Virus record (IMG/VR): IMGVR_UViG_3300005573_000062
Location: 32,001 to 96,000 of that record
Length of the DNA stretch: 64,000 nt
Direction: 5' to 3' (one strand)
Origin: a virus
Made by a program: the position numbers and the translations under genes. A model generated the notes under the pieces. It was not told where the DNA came from and searched no databases. It worked only from the letters and a program-made list of their open reading frames with translations. Every line of letters starts with the position of its first letter. Within the stretch, counting starts at the first letter, position 1. Shown here piece by piece: positions 1 to 10,142 of the stretch.

Positions 1-1
1 C

Positions 2-256
2 CAATCCCTTCCGGATTTTGTAATAGAAAATAAAAAACTTATTATTCAGGTTCAAGGCTGTTTTTGGCATAGGTGCCTAAAATGTTTTAAAAATAAATTC
101 TCTAAAGATGAATTACAAGAAGAGCGTTTAAGAGAAATAAAACAGGTTAAATTCTTCTCAAAACGGGGATACCGCACTTTATTTATTTGGGAACATGAAC
201 TTAGAAATCCAGAATACGTTAAATCTAAAATTCTAAATTTTATATCCCTTCATTGA
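2..256 (+). CDS. 5'-truncated Vsr/DUF559-like endonuclease
   Basis: Frame 2 is open from the window edge: ..LPDFVIENKKLIIQVQGCFWHRC...GYRTLFIWEHEL..stop. PDF, GCFWH and WE motifs are typical of Vsr-like nucleases. Not in the ORF track. Confidence 0.7.
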   Translation, partial: QSLPDFVIENKKLIIQVQGCFWHRCLKCFKNKFSKDELQEERLREIKQVKFFSKRGYRTLFIWEHELRNPEYVKSKILNFISLH

Positions 257-281
257 ACCCTCTTTCATTTTCATATATAAT
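253..281 (+). promoter_or_regulatory. sigma70-type promoter
   Basis: TTGAAC (253-258), 17 nt spacer, TATAAT (276-281), followed by an AGGAGG RBS. Confidence 0.75.
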
Positions 282-297
282 GTAGCTAGGAGGGCCT

Positions 298-834
298 ATG
301 AAATATTATTCAATTATGTTAAATATCTCAGAACATGAATCAGAAGAAGTCTTTTTCAATCAAAGATATAGTGCATATAAGTTTGCTGAAAGTTTGTTTA
401 CTGATAAGATAACTTTGATTAAAGAGCTAGAGGATGACACTAAATTAATTCTTCATCTTAAACTGAATGAAGTATATAAACAGAATGAAGAAATAGTTGG
501 TGAATATGACATAGTAGATACTCGATTAATAAAAATAGAGAAAGAAATACAAGAGGAGGTTAAAGAAGAAGGTAAACCTTACATTCCTTATAAAGAAACC
601 GAAAAAGAGGTAGAATTAAAACGAGGATTCGATGTATTTATAAATGATGAAGAGCCTGATTTTAGAATATTTCCTATTTTTGACAAATCGAAGGATTTTA
701 AGATTAAAAATGAATTTTTGATTAAAGAACCGATAGAGTTAAAAAATAATAGATATGGAACATCTAAAAAGGTTACTAAAGTTTATGCAAAGATAACAGT
801 GCATACAGTTATCGTCAAATGTATGGACGATTGA
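298..834 (+). CDS. hypothetical protein
   Basis: 178 aa ORF with promoter and AGGAGG RBS. Confidence 0.7.
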   Translation: MKYYSIMLNISEHESEEVFFNQRYSAYKFAESLFTDKITLIKELEDDTKLILHLKLNEVYKQNEEIVGEYDIVDTRLIKIEKEIQEEVKEEGKPYIPYKETEKEVELKRGFDVFINDEEPDFRIFPIFDKSKDFKIKNEFLIKEPIELKNNRYGTSKKVTKVYAKITVHTVIVKCMDD

Positions 835-855
835 TATATTATTTCGTTTTTATGT

Positions 856-1755
856 ATGGGTATCCCATCTCCAGTCACAAACATACATACTAAAAATTTA
901 GATATTTCTACAAGAGAGAAGAAGATAACTTGGGATCCTTCGAGTGATCTTACTGTAACATCATATAATATATATCGTTCAGAAGTGTCATATGGAGACT
1001 TCGAGAAGATAAATACTGATCCAATCACTGATTTATTTTATACTGATACAGTTCCTCTTACTGAAGTATATCCTTTTCAATGGTGGTATAAAGTTACTGC
1101 AGTAAATCCGGATGGGGAAAGTGATTTAGCCGCTACTTTTCCTTCAACAGATATAGATATCGATGCATTTATCAATCAGCCTTTTGACCCAGCGGTTCCT
1201 CAAGTATTGAGTGAACAAAATTTATTGAAACCGGATGATGGAACTCAATTTCAATATTTGAGATCTACTAAAATAAATCCAAGATGGTTTCTCGAGATTC
1301 GAAGAAGACATAAATGGTTGTTGGAAATGGGAGGAACGAAGGTATGGTTGTTGAAGAGGAAATATAGTGGACAGCTGTGTCCTAACTTTGATCAACTTAG
1401 AAATCAACATCGACAGATGGCAGTAGGAACAATCGATCCTTGCTATGGAACAAAATATCTAGGAGGATACCACACTCCTATCAATATAATGATCAGTTTT
1501 GTAAATCCGAAAGTAAGAAGCGTAAAGTTTAAAGAATATGGAATAGAAATAGACTATACTGCTACAAATTGGACTCTTTGGGAACCGAATCTTTTAGATC
1601 GAGACATTATTGTCAGAGTAGATAATGGTGAAAGATATGAGGCTTTAAATATAACTAGAACATCCTGGAGAGGAGTAATTCTAAGTCAACGCTTGGATTT
1701 AAGACTTATAGAACCCACGAGTATTCTATATAAAATTCCAGTCCCCCAACCATAA
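856..1755 (+). CDS. neck/head-closure protein with N-terminal fibronectin type III domain
   Basis: FN3 pattern (ITWDPS..YNIYRS..YKVTAVN..GES). The C-terminal part resembles myophage neck proteins (C..CYGT.Y.GGY, DIIVR..GERY). Lies upstream of the tail genes. Confidence 0.6.
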   Translation: MGIPSPVTNIHTKNLDISTREKKITWDPSSDLTVTSYNIYRSEVSYGDFEKINTDPITDLFYTDTVPLTEVYPFQWWYKVTAVNPDGESDLAATFPSTDIDIDAFINQPFDPAVPQVLSEQNLLKPDDGTQFQYLRSTKINPRWFLEIRRRHKWLLEMGGTKVWLLKRKYSGQLCPNFDQLRNQHRQMAVGTIDPCYGTKYLGGYHTPINIMISFVNPKVRSVKFKEYGIEIDYTATNWTLWEPNLLDRDIIVRVDNGERYEALNITRTSWRGVILSQRLDLRLIEPTSILYKIPVPQP

Positions 1756-1774
1756 TATAAAATTACTTTTTAAT
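1756..1774 (+). promoter_or_regulatory. candidate phage late promoter motif
   Basis: TATAAAATTACTTTTTAAT; one of 7 similar copies, each just upstream of a start codon. Confidence 0.55.
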
Positions 1775-1778
1775 TGCA

Positions 1779-2366
1779 ATGCCTTATTTAATACAGGAAC
1801 AAGATTCTAGAATCGGTCCTTATATACTTCAGAAGAAATTAAGAAGCGCATTTGTACTCAGTCTTAGAGAATCACTTAAAACAGATCCTCATTATACTTA
1901 TGTGAATATAATAAATTCAGACATGACTGATTTCTTGAATACAAAGGTAGAAATAACAGATACCTTTCCACTTGAATCTATCAAAATTCCTACTATTATT
2001 GTATCGAAATTTTCAGATAGAGGAAGTACTTTCTTTTTTGGAGATGATTTAATAGAAGAAAGTTCAACAACCAAAACTAGAGGAAACATTCTACTTGGCA
2101 CTATTGGAATAGATGTATTCGCTTTTAGTAGCATAGAAAGAGACGAAATCTGTGATAAAGTTTACTACTATCTAAGAGCGGTAAGAGACAAATTTGGATC
2201 TTTAGGAATAGAATTGAGAGATGTAAAAGTTGATCCTCCTTCAGAAACTGAATATGGTGGAAGAATACTCTACAAAGGAGGAATTTCAACTAATACAATA
2301 TCAGAATGGATAATAGTTGAAAATACAGGAGACAAGATTACTGACATTGAAACTAATTTAATATAA
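1779..2366 (+). CDS. tail terminator/completion protein
   Basis: Located immediately before the sheath gene; P.I.V and IDVFA.S..ERDEI.D pattern. Confidence 0.55.
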   Translation: MPYLIQEQDSRIGPYILQKKLRSAFVLSLRESLKTDPHYTYVNIINSDMTDFLNTKVEITDTFPLESIKIPTIIVSKFSDRGSTFFFGDDLIEESSTTKTRGNILLGTIGIDVFAFSSIERDEICDKVYYYLRAVRDKFGSLGIELRDVKVDPPSETEYGGRILYKGGISTNTISEWIIVENTGDKITDIETNLI

Positions 2367-2381
2367 AATTGCTTTTTTTAA
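2362..2381 (+). promoter_or_regulatory. candidate phage late promoter motif
   Basis: TATAAAATTGCTTTTTTTAA upstream of the sheath gene. Confidence 0.55.
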
Positions 2382-2408
2382 GACAAACACTATTAAAGAG
2401 GTGAAAAC

Positions 2409-3749
2409 ATGGCCGGACAAATAATACCAGGAGTTCAAGTCACATTAGTTCCTACTAATGAAAATTTAAACATTCCATTGAGCACAGCAGAAGTATGTTT
2501 TATCGGTACAGGTAAAACAACTATCTCTGTCGAAGATGAAGTTGTAACAAAAGGAAGTGGAGATCACGATAATTTAAATGTAGAATCAGAAAGAACCGTC
2601 TCCTCTCTAGCTAGCAAAATTTGGGATGAAAAACAAAATCAATACATATTAGACACTGATTATAAATTAGATTCAGAAAATCCAAATGCAGTCACCTGGA
2701 TAAGTGGAGGAAATGCTCCTACCGCTGGAACGAAATATACAGTTTCATATGAAATAGATAAAATTGATTCTGATTATGACTTTAAAAGTTTTTTTACTAT
2801 ATCAGATATAATCAAAGAATATGGTGAAATAAATACAACAAATACAATTTCTCTTGCTTCTTACCTATATTTTTTAAATGGTGGTAAAAAAATAAATGTA
2901 GTTCAGGTTAAACCTGTAAGTGGCAACATTACATACGCTGGTTTTACGAGTGCATTGGGAAAGTTAGCACTGAAAGAAGTTGACATAATCGTTCCTTTAT
3001 TTACAAATTCAACAGGGTTTGAAACTCTTTTTACTGATGTAAAAGCGCACGTCTATCAACTCTCGCAACCAAGTGAAGGAAAAAATAGAATAGCATTTGT
3101 ATGCCCACAAAATACGACGACATTCAATGGATATAAGACTCTTGGAACGAGTTTGGCCTCATCTAGAATGATTTTAACATATCCTCATACGATAAGTGTA
3201 AGCATAAATGGATCAGTATATAGTGTATCTGGAATGTATTTGAATGCTGCAATGTGCGGTATTCTTGGAGATACGGATACCAAATTGTCAGACCCTCTTA
3301 CTAGAAAAGAATTATTCGGGATATACGAGGTGCCAACAACACTTTTGAGATCTCAAATCGAAGAATTAATAACAAATGGAGTTCTAGTAGTTGAAACTTC
3401 TCCTCTTCAAACTATAAGAGTTGTTTATGGAATAACAACAGATACAACGTCAACAAATACAATCGAAATAAGTTTGGTTAGAATTGGAGATTTCTTTACT
3501 AAACTTTTGAAAAATATACTAGATAAAATGTTTATTGGAACCACTATTGAAAGTGGAACTTTTTCTTCAATAGAAGGAACTATAAGACAAATAGTTGAAT
3601 CTTTAGTAAAATCGAGAGTGCTTATTGGATCTTCAAATTTGTCGATTGCACGAGATTCTCAAAATCCAACTAAAATAAATATTTCGTTGAGAATTACTCC
3701 AGTCTATCCGCTTAACTACATAGACGTGAAATTCTCGATAGGATTATAA
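2409..3749 (+). CDS. contractile tail sheath protein
   Basis: N-terminal PGV, FIG, YG; C-terminal GITT..EIS.VRI.D and PVYPLNYI; contains an Ig-like insert. Confidence 0.9.
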   Translation: MAGQIIPGVQVTLVPTNENLNIPLSTAEVCFIGTGKTTISVEDEVVTKGSGDHDNLNVESERTVSSLASKIWDEKQNQYILDTDYKLDSENPNAVTWISGGNAPTAGTKYTVSYEIDKIDSDYDFKSFFTISDIIKEYGEINTTNTISLASYLYFLNGGKKINVVQVKPVSGNITYAGFTSALGKLALKEVDIIVPLFTNSTGFETLFTDVKAHVYQLSQPSEGKNRIAFVCPQNTTTFNGYKTLGTSLASSRMILTYPHTISVSINGSVYSVSGMYLNAAMCGILGDTDTKLSDPLTRKELFGIYEVPTTLLRSQIEELITNGVLVVETSPLQTIRVVYGITTDTTSTNTIEISLVRIGDFFTKLLKNILDKMFIGTTIESGTFSSIEGTIRQIVESLVKSRVLIGSSNLSIARDSQNPTKINISLRITPVYPLNYIDVKFSIGL

Positions 3750-3766
3750 AGGGAGGAATTTAAGTT

Positions 3767-4300
3767 ATGACAATACCACTAGCAGCTACTAGAGCAAAAT
3801 TACCAAGATCGATTGCAATTTTAGGAAGTTCTGAAATATCAACAATTGATTGGCTAAATGTAACGACATCTACGATCAATTCAGTTGTTCAAAATATGGC
3901 AAAAATTGGAGCAGTTCAAAAAATTTCGATAGATCAAAATATTGATCTGCATGAATGGAGAGAATTTGATCCAGATAATCAGGGACTTGTAGTTGAGTGG
4001 GCTCCTGGAAAAGAAACAATAAGTTTCACTCTTGAAGGCGTTATATTATACTCAGGAGATATTTTGGATCGCTTTGGGTTTGGGGTAGAATCTTTACTTG
4101 AAATGAAATTTCCTTTCGTTATACAAATAAAAGAAGATAGATATAAATCAGATTTTCAGACTATAGAATCTAGATCCACCTATTTGTTAGGATGCAGATT
4201 CAAGAAAAGACCTATAAGCATCGATATTGGAAGTGCAGACTTAATAAAACAGAGTTGCGATGGAAACGCTGCTAGATTAATAAGAACTGGTTGGTTTTAA
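3767..4300 (+). CDS. tail tube protein
   Basis: 177 aa gene after the sheath; IGAVQ.I, E..PG, PF.IQI.E and Y.GC.F pattern. Confidence 0.8.
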   Translation: MTIPLAATRAKLPRSIAILGSSEISTIDWLNVTTSTINSVVQNMAKIGAVQKISIDQNIDLHEWREFDPDNQGLVVEWAPGKETISFTLEGVILYSGDILDRFGFGVESLLEMKFPFVIQIKEDRYKSDFQTIESRSTYLLGCRFKKRPISIDIGSADLIKQSCDGNAARLIRTGWF

Positions 4301-4319
4301 AAGAAAAGGAGGTTGTTAA

Positions 4320-4715
4320 ATGGAACTTCAAGAATTAGCAGGATTAGGAAAGATAAGAAAAGAATTAACACTATTTAAAAATACAAAGTTAGTAATGCAT
4401 TCTTTGTCTGTTGAAGAACAGGAAGAAGTTTTAAAAGCATTAGCAGGCTCACCAGATGATTTGCTCTATAAAACATATAGATTACAAATTGAAACACTCG
4501 TAAGAGCAATAGAGCAATTGGGAAATGTGAAATTTTTCAACATCGAGGAAGGTCGCAAAGTTCTCATGTCTCTTCAAAAGGATTTTTTCAAACTTCTTTG
4601 GGACGAATACGAAAAATTAGAAAGTGAAAATAAAGATACTTTTGAGACCTTAAAAAAAAATTCGGAAATGACTACAGTCGCCTCATCTGGAAATACTGCA
4701 AAACATTCAAAATAA
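4320..4715 (+). CDS. tail assembly chaperone (gpG-like)
   Basis: Lies between tube and tape measure; AGGAGG RBS; ends just after an A-run slippery site. Confidence 0.8.
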   Translation: MELQELAGLGKIRKELTLFKNTKLVMHSLSVEEQEEVLKALAGSPDDLLYKTYRLQIETLVRAIEQLGNVKFFNIEEGRKVLMSLQKDFFKLLWDEYEKLESENKDTFETLKKNSEMTTVASSGNTAKHSK

Positions 4716-4963
4716 GACCCAAAGATTTAAAGTATATTCCTCAATCAGAAATTGAATGGGCCTTTTTTCATTTAGTTGAAGATCAAAAAGAAGAAATAGA
4801 CAAAATAAAAACATTTTTGAGAGTATTAAATCCTTCGATTGAGATGGATAATAATAACGAAAATTTAAATAAAATAGTTTATGAAAGTGAAAATTTTGAC
4901 GAGAAAATAAAAAATGAATATGGAGTGGGGTTCAACGAACTTCTAGAACAACTTGGAGAATAA
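4320..4963 (+). CDS. frameshifted tail assembly chaperone (gpGT-like), -1 shift at 4652-4661
   Basis: TTA AAA AAA AAT slippery run. The -1 frame stays open (KFGNDYSRLIWKYCKTFK...LLEQLGE) to TAA 4961-4963, which abuts the tape-measure ATG. Confidence 0.8.
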
Positions 4964-6748
4964 ATGGCAGAAGAAAAACCAGTAAATCCGGATAAATCTT
5001 CAATTCCAAATAATGATAAATTGAAAGAAGCAGAAGAGATTTATAAACGTATTGAAGCTGAAATAAAATCATCTGCAAGTACGTATAATGAATTAATGAA
5101 GTCATCCGAAAAATTTAAGGATTTACAAAAAGAGATAGTTGAATATTTTAAAGCAGGTAAAATAGATGTAGGAGTTTACGATAATCTTAAAAAAGACTTA
5201 GAAAAATCTAAAGAAGTATATAAAGAAATTGCAAAAGAAACACAAAGTACTTTCTCAAAAGTAATAGACGATACAGGCAGTTTAGCTAAAAAAGGGATAG
5301 ATGGAATTTTGGAAAAATTCGATCTATCAATGGAAACCTTAAATCTTCCAGGAATTATCTTAGCTATATTTCAAAATTTAGATGCTGCTAGAGTTATAGG
5401 TGGATTTGCAGGTGAAACAGCAAAAATTTTTGGTAAAATTGGGGATTCTGCTGGAAAAAATTTTGCAAATGAGTTTGGGAAAAGTATGACTCACGCTGGA
5501 GAAAGTACATCCATGACATTTAGATTTGTGACTGATCAACTTAGAGATCAATTAGCACAAGATTTTTTTAAGTTAGGATTACAAATACGAGGGGTAACAG
5601 GATCACAATTTGCAGCATTATCAAATGATTTAATAGTAGTTTCTCAAGCCTTTAAAATTCCATTAGATAATATAGCTAAATATACATTTGCATTTCAAGA
5701 TATTTTCAGAGTGAATACTGAGAGAGCAATGAAATCGATAAAAGATGTTATTACTAATGCATATACACTAGGGGTTGCTCCTGAAAGATTTTTAAATTTA
5801 ATAGCGAATCAAACAGAACAATTTAAATTACAAAGAATACAAATTTCTGAAGTAAGTGATACATATAGACGATTCTATCAAGGATTAGGATTAGGAGTTG
5901 AAGTAAGTGAGGAATTAACACAAAAAGTGGTATCTTCATTAGCACAACTTTCGTCAGGTAAACTTGCTGCATATATATCTCTGACAACAGGATTTACTGG
6001 TGAAGATCTAACAGATACAATGTTGGACTTTTATAGAGGGCAGGCCTCAGGACAGAATACTACAAATAGTCGTTTAGAACTAGTTCAAAATACTTTAAAA
6101 GTTCTTCAAGAAAAATTTCCTGAGATAACAAAAAATCAGTATGTAGGAGTAAAAGCTGTAATGGAAATATTTGGGATACAACAGATGGAAGTAGGTGTTA
6201 GATTATATGATGCTTTAAGTAAACAAATAAAAGGAATATCCTCAAATAATGATTTAATGAGTACTGTTAATGATATACTAACAGATACGCACAGTGCAGT
6301 AGAACAAGGATTAGGTTTAATTCTTAATGCTCTTAGTTGGCTTATACGACTTGCTCTAGGTGCTTATAATTTTTTTGTTGGTGAAATATCTGAGTCTTTT
6401 TTAACACCTTTAGAAACACAAATTCAAAAACAAAGTGCATTATTGGGTGCAAATTTCGAACCTTTAAAGATTGATAAACAAATGACAAGTAAAGGATTAA
6501 GTAAATTAGATGTAATAATGATTCAACAAGCAGAAACAAATAAACATCTAACTAATTTAACAGAAGTTACAAAAGCATCAGCTATAGCAACTACTTCATC
6601 TTTAACTGGATTACCAATGGGAGGAGGGGCACAGGCTGTAGCAGCTCAAGCTTCATTAATTAAACAGTTTGTGACATTAAAAGTTGATGTAGATCCAAGA
6701 TTAAAAGGATTTTTAGATTTTACTCAACAAAATTCAGCGACTGCATAA
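4964..6748 (+). CDS. tape measure protein
   Basis: 594 aa helical, Ala/Gly/Gln-rich protein directly after the chaperones. Confidence 0.75.
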   Translation: MAEEKPVNPDKSSIPNNDKLKEAEEIYKRIEAEIKSSASTYNELMKSSEKFKDLQKEIVEYFKAGKIDVGVYDNLKKDLEKSKEVYKEIAKETQSTFSKVIDDTGSLAKKGIDGILEKFDLSMETLNLPGIILAIFQNLDAARVIGGFAGETAKIFGKIGDSAGKNFANEFGKSMTHAGESTSMTFRFVTDQLRDQLAQDFFKLGLQIRGVTGSQFAALSNDLIVVSQAFKIPLDNIAKYTFAFQDIFRVNTERAMKSIKDVITNAYTLGVAPERFLNLIANQTEQFKLQRIQISEVSDTYRRFYQGLGLGVEVSEELTQKVVSSLAQLSSGKLAAYISLTTGFTGEDLTDTMLDFYRGQASGQNTTNSRLELVQNTLKVLQEKFPEITKNQYVGVKAVMEIFGIQQMEVGVRLYDALSKQIKGISSNNDLMSTVNDILTDTHSAVEQGLGLILNALSWLIRLALGAYNFFVGEISESFLTPLETQIQKQSALLGANFEPLKIDKQMTSKGLSKLDVIMIQQAETNKHLTNLTEVTKASAIATTSSLTGLPMGGGAQAVAAQASLIKQFVTLKVDVDPRLKGFLDFTQQNSATA

Positions 6749-6750
6749 TT

Positions 6751-8514
6751 ATGTCTAGATTAACTGTAGATCAGATCATTGATTTTAAAGTGTATATTAC
6801 TACTTGTTATCATGAAAGTGAATATACCCCTGAATTGATAGAGTGCCTTTCTCCATTTCTTATTAAAGAAGAAAAATTGGGATCCTATTTTTTTCTTACA
6901 TATCAAATAGATGATTATGTAACTGATTTTACAATTTCTAGAAATGTAACAGGAAATCCTGCTAGACTTTCAATATCAATTTTTCCAGAATCTATTAATT
7001 CCAAAATTACTTTTAGATATAATTTGAATGGGATAGAACTTCCTGTTTTCAGAAGAATGGATTTTATAGAAATTAAAGTTGCTTCTTCTTTTGTTAATCC
7101 CAATAAAATAGAAACTCAGTATGATAAAGATTTAAAATATGTATTATCAAATTCAAATGCAAAAAACAATTCTAAATATGACTATCTGTATAAAACTAGA
7201 TTTAGAGGATTTATCACCACGATAAATGAAAGTGATTCTGCAGATGATGGAATTAAATATAATTTAGATGGATTTTCTATTTTATATTATTTATCGATGA
7301 CTCCTTTTATTCAGAATCTAGCTCTTTTTACTGATACTTTTTTAGAAACCCAACGCATGCATCTTTTAGCTAATCAATACATTGTTCTGTATGGAGATTT
7401 ATTACAAAATCTTCAAGATACTATAAGTAGAGTTAAGTTGATGATGGAAGAAATATTTATGTGTTCTAGCACAATATATAAACAACTTAATTATTATAAA
7501 TCAGAAGGATTCGTAACAGATGAATACTACGTTGCTAACGTTGGATTTATAGATGTACAGAAAAAGAAATTGTCAGAATATTTAACAGATTCTAAAAAAA
7601 TCAAAGGGACACAGGCTCTTCTTATTCCTCTTGCGGAACTATATTGTAATATTAAGTCAGATGATTTATTATATAAGATATATAAATCGTATGTATTCGA
7701 TGTTGAAATCCAGTTTTCAGGAAGCAATAAAGATTTTATTTCTAATTATCTATATCTTTTACAAGTATTAAATAATTTTAAAGAAAACATCCAATATGTT
7801 TTATTTGAGAAAGGGGATGGAACAATAGTTTATGATAGAATTCGTATTGAACAACCTCCACTGGATACCCTCCATGAAGATTTATTTTTAAGATATTCTT
7901 ATCGAGAAACAGCAGATAATTATTATACTGAAGTATTGAGTACTCCAGGCACAGCATTAAAATTATTTGATGATTCCATACGAGAAGCCCTTTTCAAGAG
8001 TAGTGGATATGCTATAGATGAACTTAGACGTTTTGGGTATAGAAGACCTGAAGTTCAAACTAATCCAAATGTCAGTGATCCTATTGCTTTACAATATTAT
8101 TCTACTGTATATAAGATACAGAATAATTCTCAACTTTTAACTTTAGATATCCAGTATCCTTATTTAGCGAATATAAATATAGGAGACATGATATGGTTTA
8201 AAGGAAAAAATCTAACAGGATTTGTAACAGAAATAACAGAAAGTATCAATTTTGGTGGTAGAAGTGAAAGTAGAATATCTATGTCATTTTTAAGAAAAAC
8301 TAAAGTGATAGATCCTAAAAAGGATAAAGGAGAAATATCAGGATTTACTAAATTCGATAAGTTGAATATCGAAGATTCTTATGGTATAAAATATAATCTA
8401 TATATTGAAGATATACCCGAGTATCAATTTATAAGTGATTTTTACAAAGGAAAAATTAAAATTTTTAGTTTTCCGGAATATAGATACGAAAGACAACAGA
8501 TAATAAAAAGTTGA
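6751..8514 (+). CDS. baseplate hub protein
   Basis: Follows the tape measure; FRGFIT.I.E, RRFGYR and INIGD..GFVTEI.ES hub-like patterns. Confidence 0.65.
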   Translation: MSRLTVDQIIDFKVYITTCYHESEYTPELIECLSPFLIKEEKLGSYFFLTYQIDDYVTDFTISRNVTGNPARLSISIFPESINSKITFRYNLNGIELPVFRRMDFIEIKVASSFVNPNKIETQYDKDLKYVLSNSNAKNNSKYDYLYKTRFRGFITTINESDSADDGIKYNLDGFSILYYLSMTPFIQNLALFTDTFLETQRMHLLANQYIVLYGDLLQNLQDTISRVKLMMEEIFMCSSTIYKQLNYYKSEGFVTDEYYVANVGFIDVQKKKLSEYLTDSKKIKGTQALLIPLAELYCNIKSDDLLYKIYKSYVFDVEIQFSGSNKDFISNYLYLLQVLNNFKENIQYVLFEKGDGTIVYDRIRIEQPPLDTLHEDLFLRYSYRETADNYYTEVLSTPGTALKLFDDSIREALFKSSGYAIDELRRFGYRRPEVQTNPNVSDPIALQYYSTVYKIQNNSQLLTLDIQYPYLANINIGDMIWFKGKNLTGFVTEITESINFGGRSESRISMSFLRKTKVIDPKKDKGEISGFTKFDKLNIEDSYGIKYNLYIEDIPEYQFISDFYKGKIKIFSFPEYRYERQQIIKS

Positions 8515-8518
8515 CGGA

Positions 8519-8538
8519 TATAAAATAACTTTTTTAAT
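8519..8538 (+). promoter_or_regulatory. candidate phage late promoter motif
   Basis: TATAAAATAACTTTTTTAAT, 6 nt before the ATG at 8545. Confidence 0.55.
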
Positions 8539-8544
8539 AAGAAA

Positions 8545-9036
8545 ATGAGAGTATTTGATAAATTAACAGATTTAGCAACAAATAGATTTTCATCACTTAG
8601 ACTTGGTCAAGTAATAAATGATTTGGATGAAAATGGAATGTATTCAGTCCGATGGCTGGATACTGAAGCAGGAGGGCGAAGTAATATTTTTATAACATAT
8701 CCGTATTTTAATAATTCTACGAATCCTCCCTGGGGGATAGAGTGCGGAATTGAAAAAGGAACTATTGGAATATTTGGATTTTTAAGTGATAATCATGCAG
8801 TTCTATTGTCAACGATTATTTCGTGGATTAATAATTATAATGTTGGATTCGATAAAACTGGAAAAATAAAGAGTGGGGAAATAAGAATTACTAGTAAAAA
8901 TGGTGCTAAAGTTTATATGGATTTAGAAGGTAATTTGAAATTTTCTACTAAAAGACTATCAATAAATTTAAATGAAAAAGATGGACAAATAGAAATAAAC
9001 GGTCCTAAAGTTCTAGTTAATGGGAGAGAAATTTAA
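8545..9036 (+). CDS. baseplate central spike (gpV/gp5-like)
   Basis: N-terminal OB-fold-like region (LRLGQV..YSVRW), then GE.RI.S..GA and short beta repeats. Confidence 0.65.
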   Translation: MRVFDKLTDLATNRFSSLRLGQVINDLDENGMYSVRWLDTEAGGRSNIFITYPYFNNSTNPPWGIECGIEKGTIGIFGFLSDNHAVLLSTIISWINNYNVGFDKTGKIKSGEIRITSKNGAKVYMDLEGNLKFSTKRLSINLNEKDGQIEINGPKVLVNGREI

Positions 9037-9719
9037 TGGCTCAACTCGGATTTAAAAAAATTCCATTGATTTTTGTGTTTGATGCTCCTATAAAAAAAGG
9101 AAATTTCGTATCTAATGCTTTAAATTTCATAGGACAGGGACCTGACGTTTTTTTAATTAAAATGATAGCAAAGGTTCTAAAATTAGCAGATTTGAGTAAT
9201 AAAATAATACTGCCTCTTTTAGTAAATCCACAGAATTTGAATATTACAAAACAACCAAAAGTAATAACAACACTTACAAAAAAAGGACTTCTTGCACAAT
9301 ACTGGCCAGCTATTCCAGACACCGTTTCAATTTCTGGAACAGCTGCTAGTAATCAGTCCTTTATGATATTAAATCAATTTGATATGCTTACAAAAACAAT
9401 GGAAGACGGTGTAAGAAATCCTGTTATAATGCTGTATAAATTTGGATTAGGATCCTATAGAGGATATGTCGAAAATTTTAAAGTAGGGATAGATGCAACT
9501 CATCCTAATATTTTCAACTATACTTTTGACTTTAAATTTTTAGATAGAGAACACTTCAGAATGTTCTTATACGCAATTACAACTACATCATTGAATACAT
9601 TAATTCAAAATCCTGTTAAAGCAGTAAAGGATCAAATTTCAATGGGAGCTTCTGAAATAATGAGCAGTTCTAATATAACAGGAAGTAAAGGACTGTTAAG
9701 AAATAAATACAAACTATGA
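9036..9719 (+). CDS. baseplate tail-tube initiator-like protein
   Basis: L.VNPQNL.I, ISGT, YRGY.ENF, FNYTFDF tube-fold pattern. Confidence 0.55.
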   Translation: MAQLGFKKIPLIFVFDAPIKKGNFVSNALNFIGQGPDVFLIKMIAKVLKLADLSNKIILPLLVNPQNLNITKQPKVITTLTKKGLLAQYWPAIPDTVSISGTAASNQSFMILNQFDMLTKTMEDGVRNPVIMLYKFGLGSYRGYVENFKVGIDATHPNIFNYTFDFKFLDREHFRMFLYAITTTSLNTLIQNPVKAVKDQISMGASEIMSSSNITGSKGLLRNKYKL

Positions 9720-10141
9720 GTGACATTAATATAATACAAAACACAGAAACTTTAAATCAAGATGTGGATATTTCTTTTGATTTTTTTGGAAAAATAAATT
9801 TAATAGAAAATAAAGAAAAAATTAAACAATTTATTGGAAAATTTTTATCTACTGAAATAGGCACATCGAAAACTGATGAAAATTATGGAACATCTTTATC
9901 ATCTTTAATTGGAGATACTTTAGATGAATATTCATATGGATTAATACGACAAGAAGTAATAAATTCATTAGCATATGCAATAAATAAATATAATGACACT
10001 ACAGATAATGAAGATGAACAAATTGATAGTTTAGATTCAATAAATTTTTCAATGGATGAAAATGAACCTAGAAAAGTAAAAATAGATTTAAAGATTATTA
10101 TGAAAAGTGGAAGTTCAATTGAATTAGGAGTTAAAATATAA
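9716..10141 (+). CDS. baseplate wedge / sheath initiator (gp25-like)
   Basis: L.TEIG....YGT.L..LIG motif; precedes the J-like gene. Confidence 0.75.
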   Translation: MSDINIIQNTETLNQDVDISFDFFGKINLIENKEKIKQFIGKFLSTEIGTSKTDENYGTSLSSLIGDTLDEYSYGLIRQEVINSLAYAINKYNDTTDNEDEQIDSLDSINFSMDENEPRKVKIDLKIIMKSGSSIELGVKI

Positions 10142-10142
10142 T

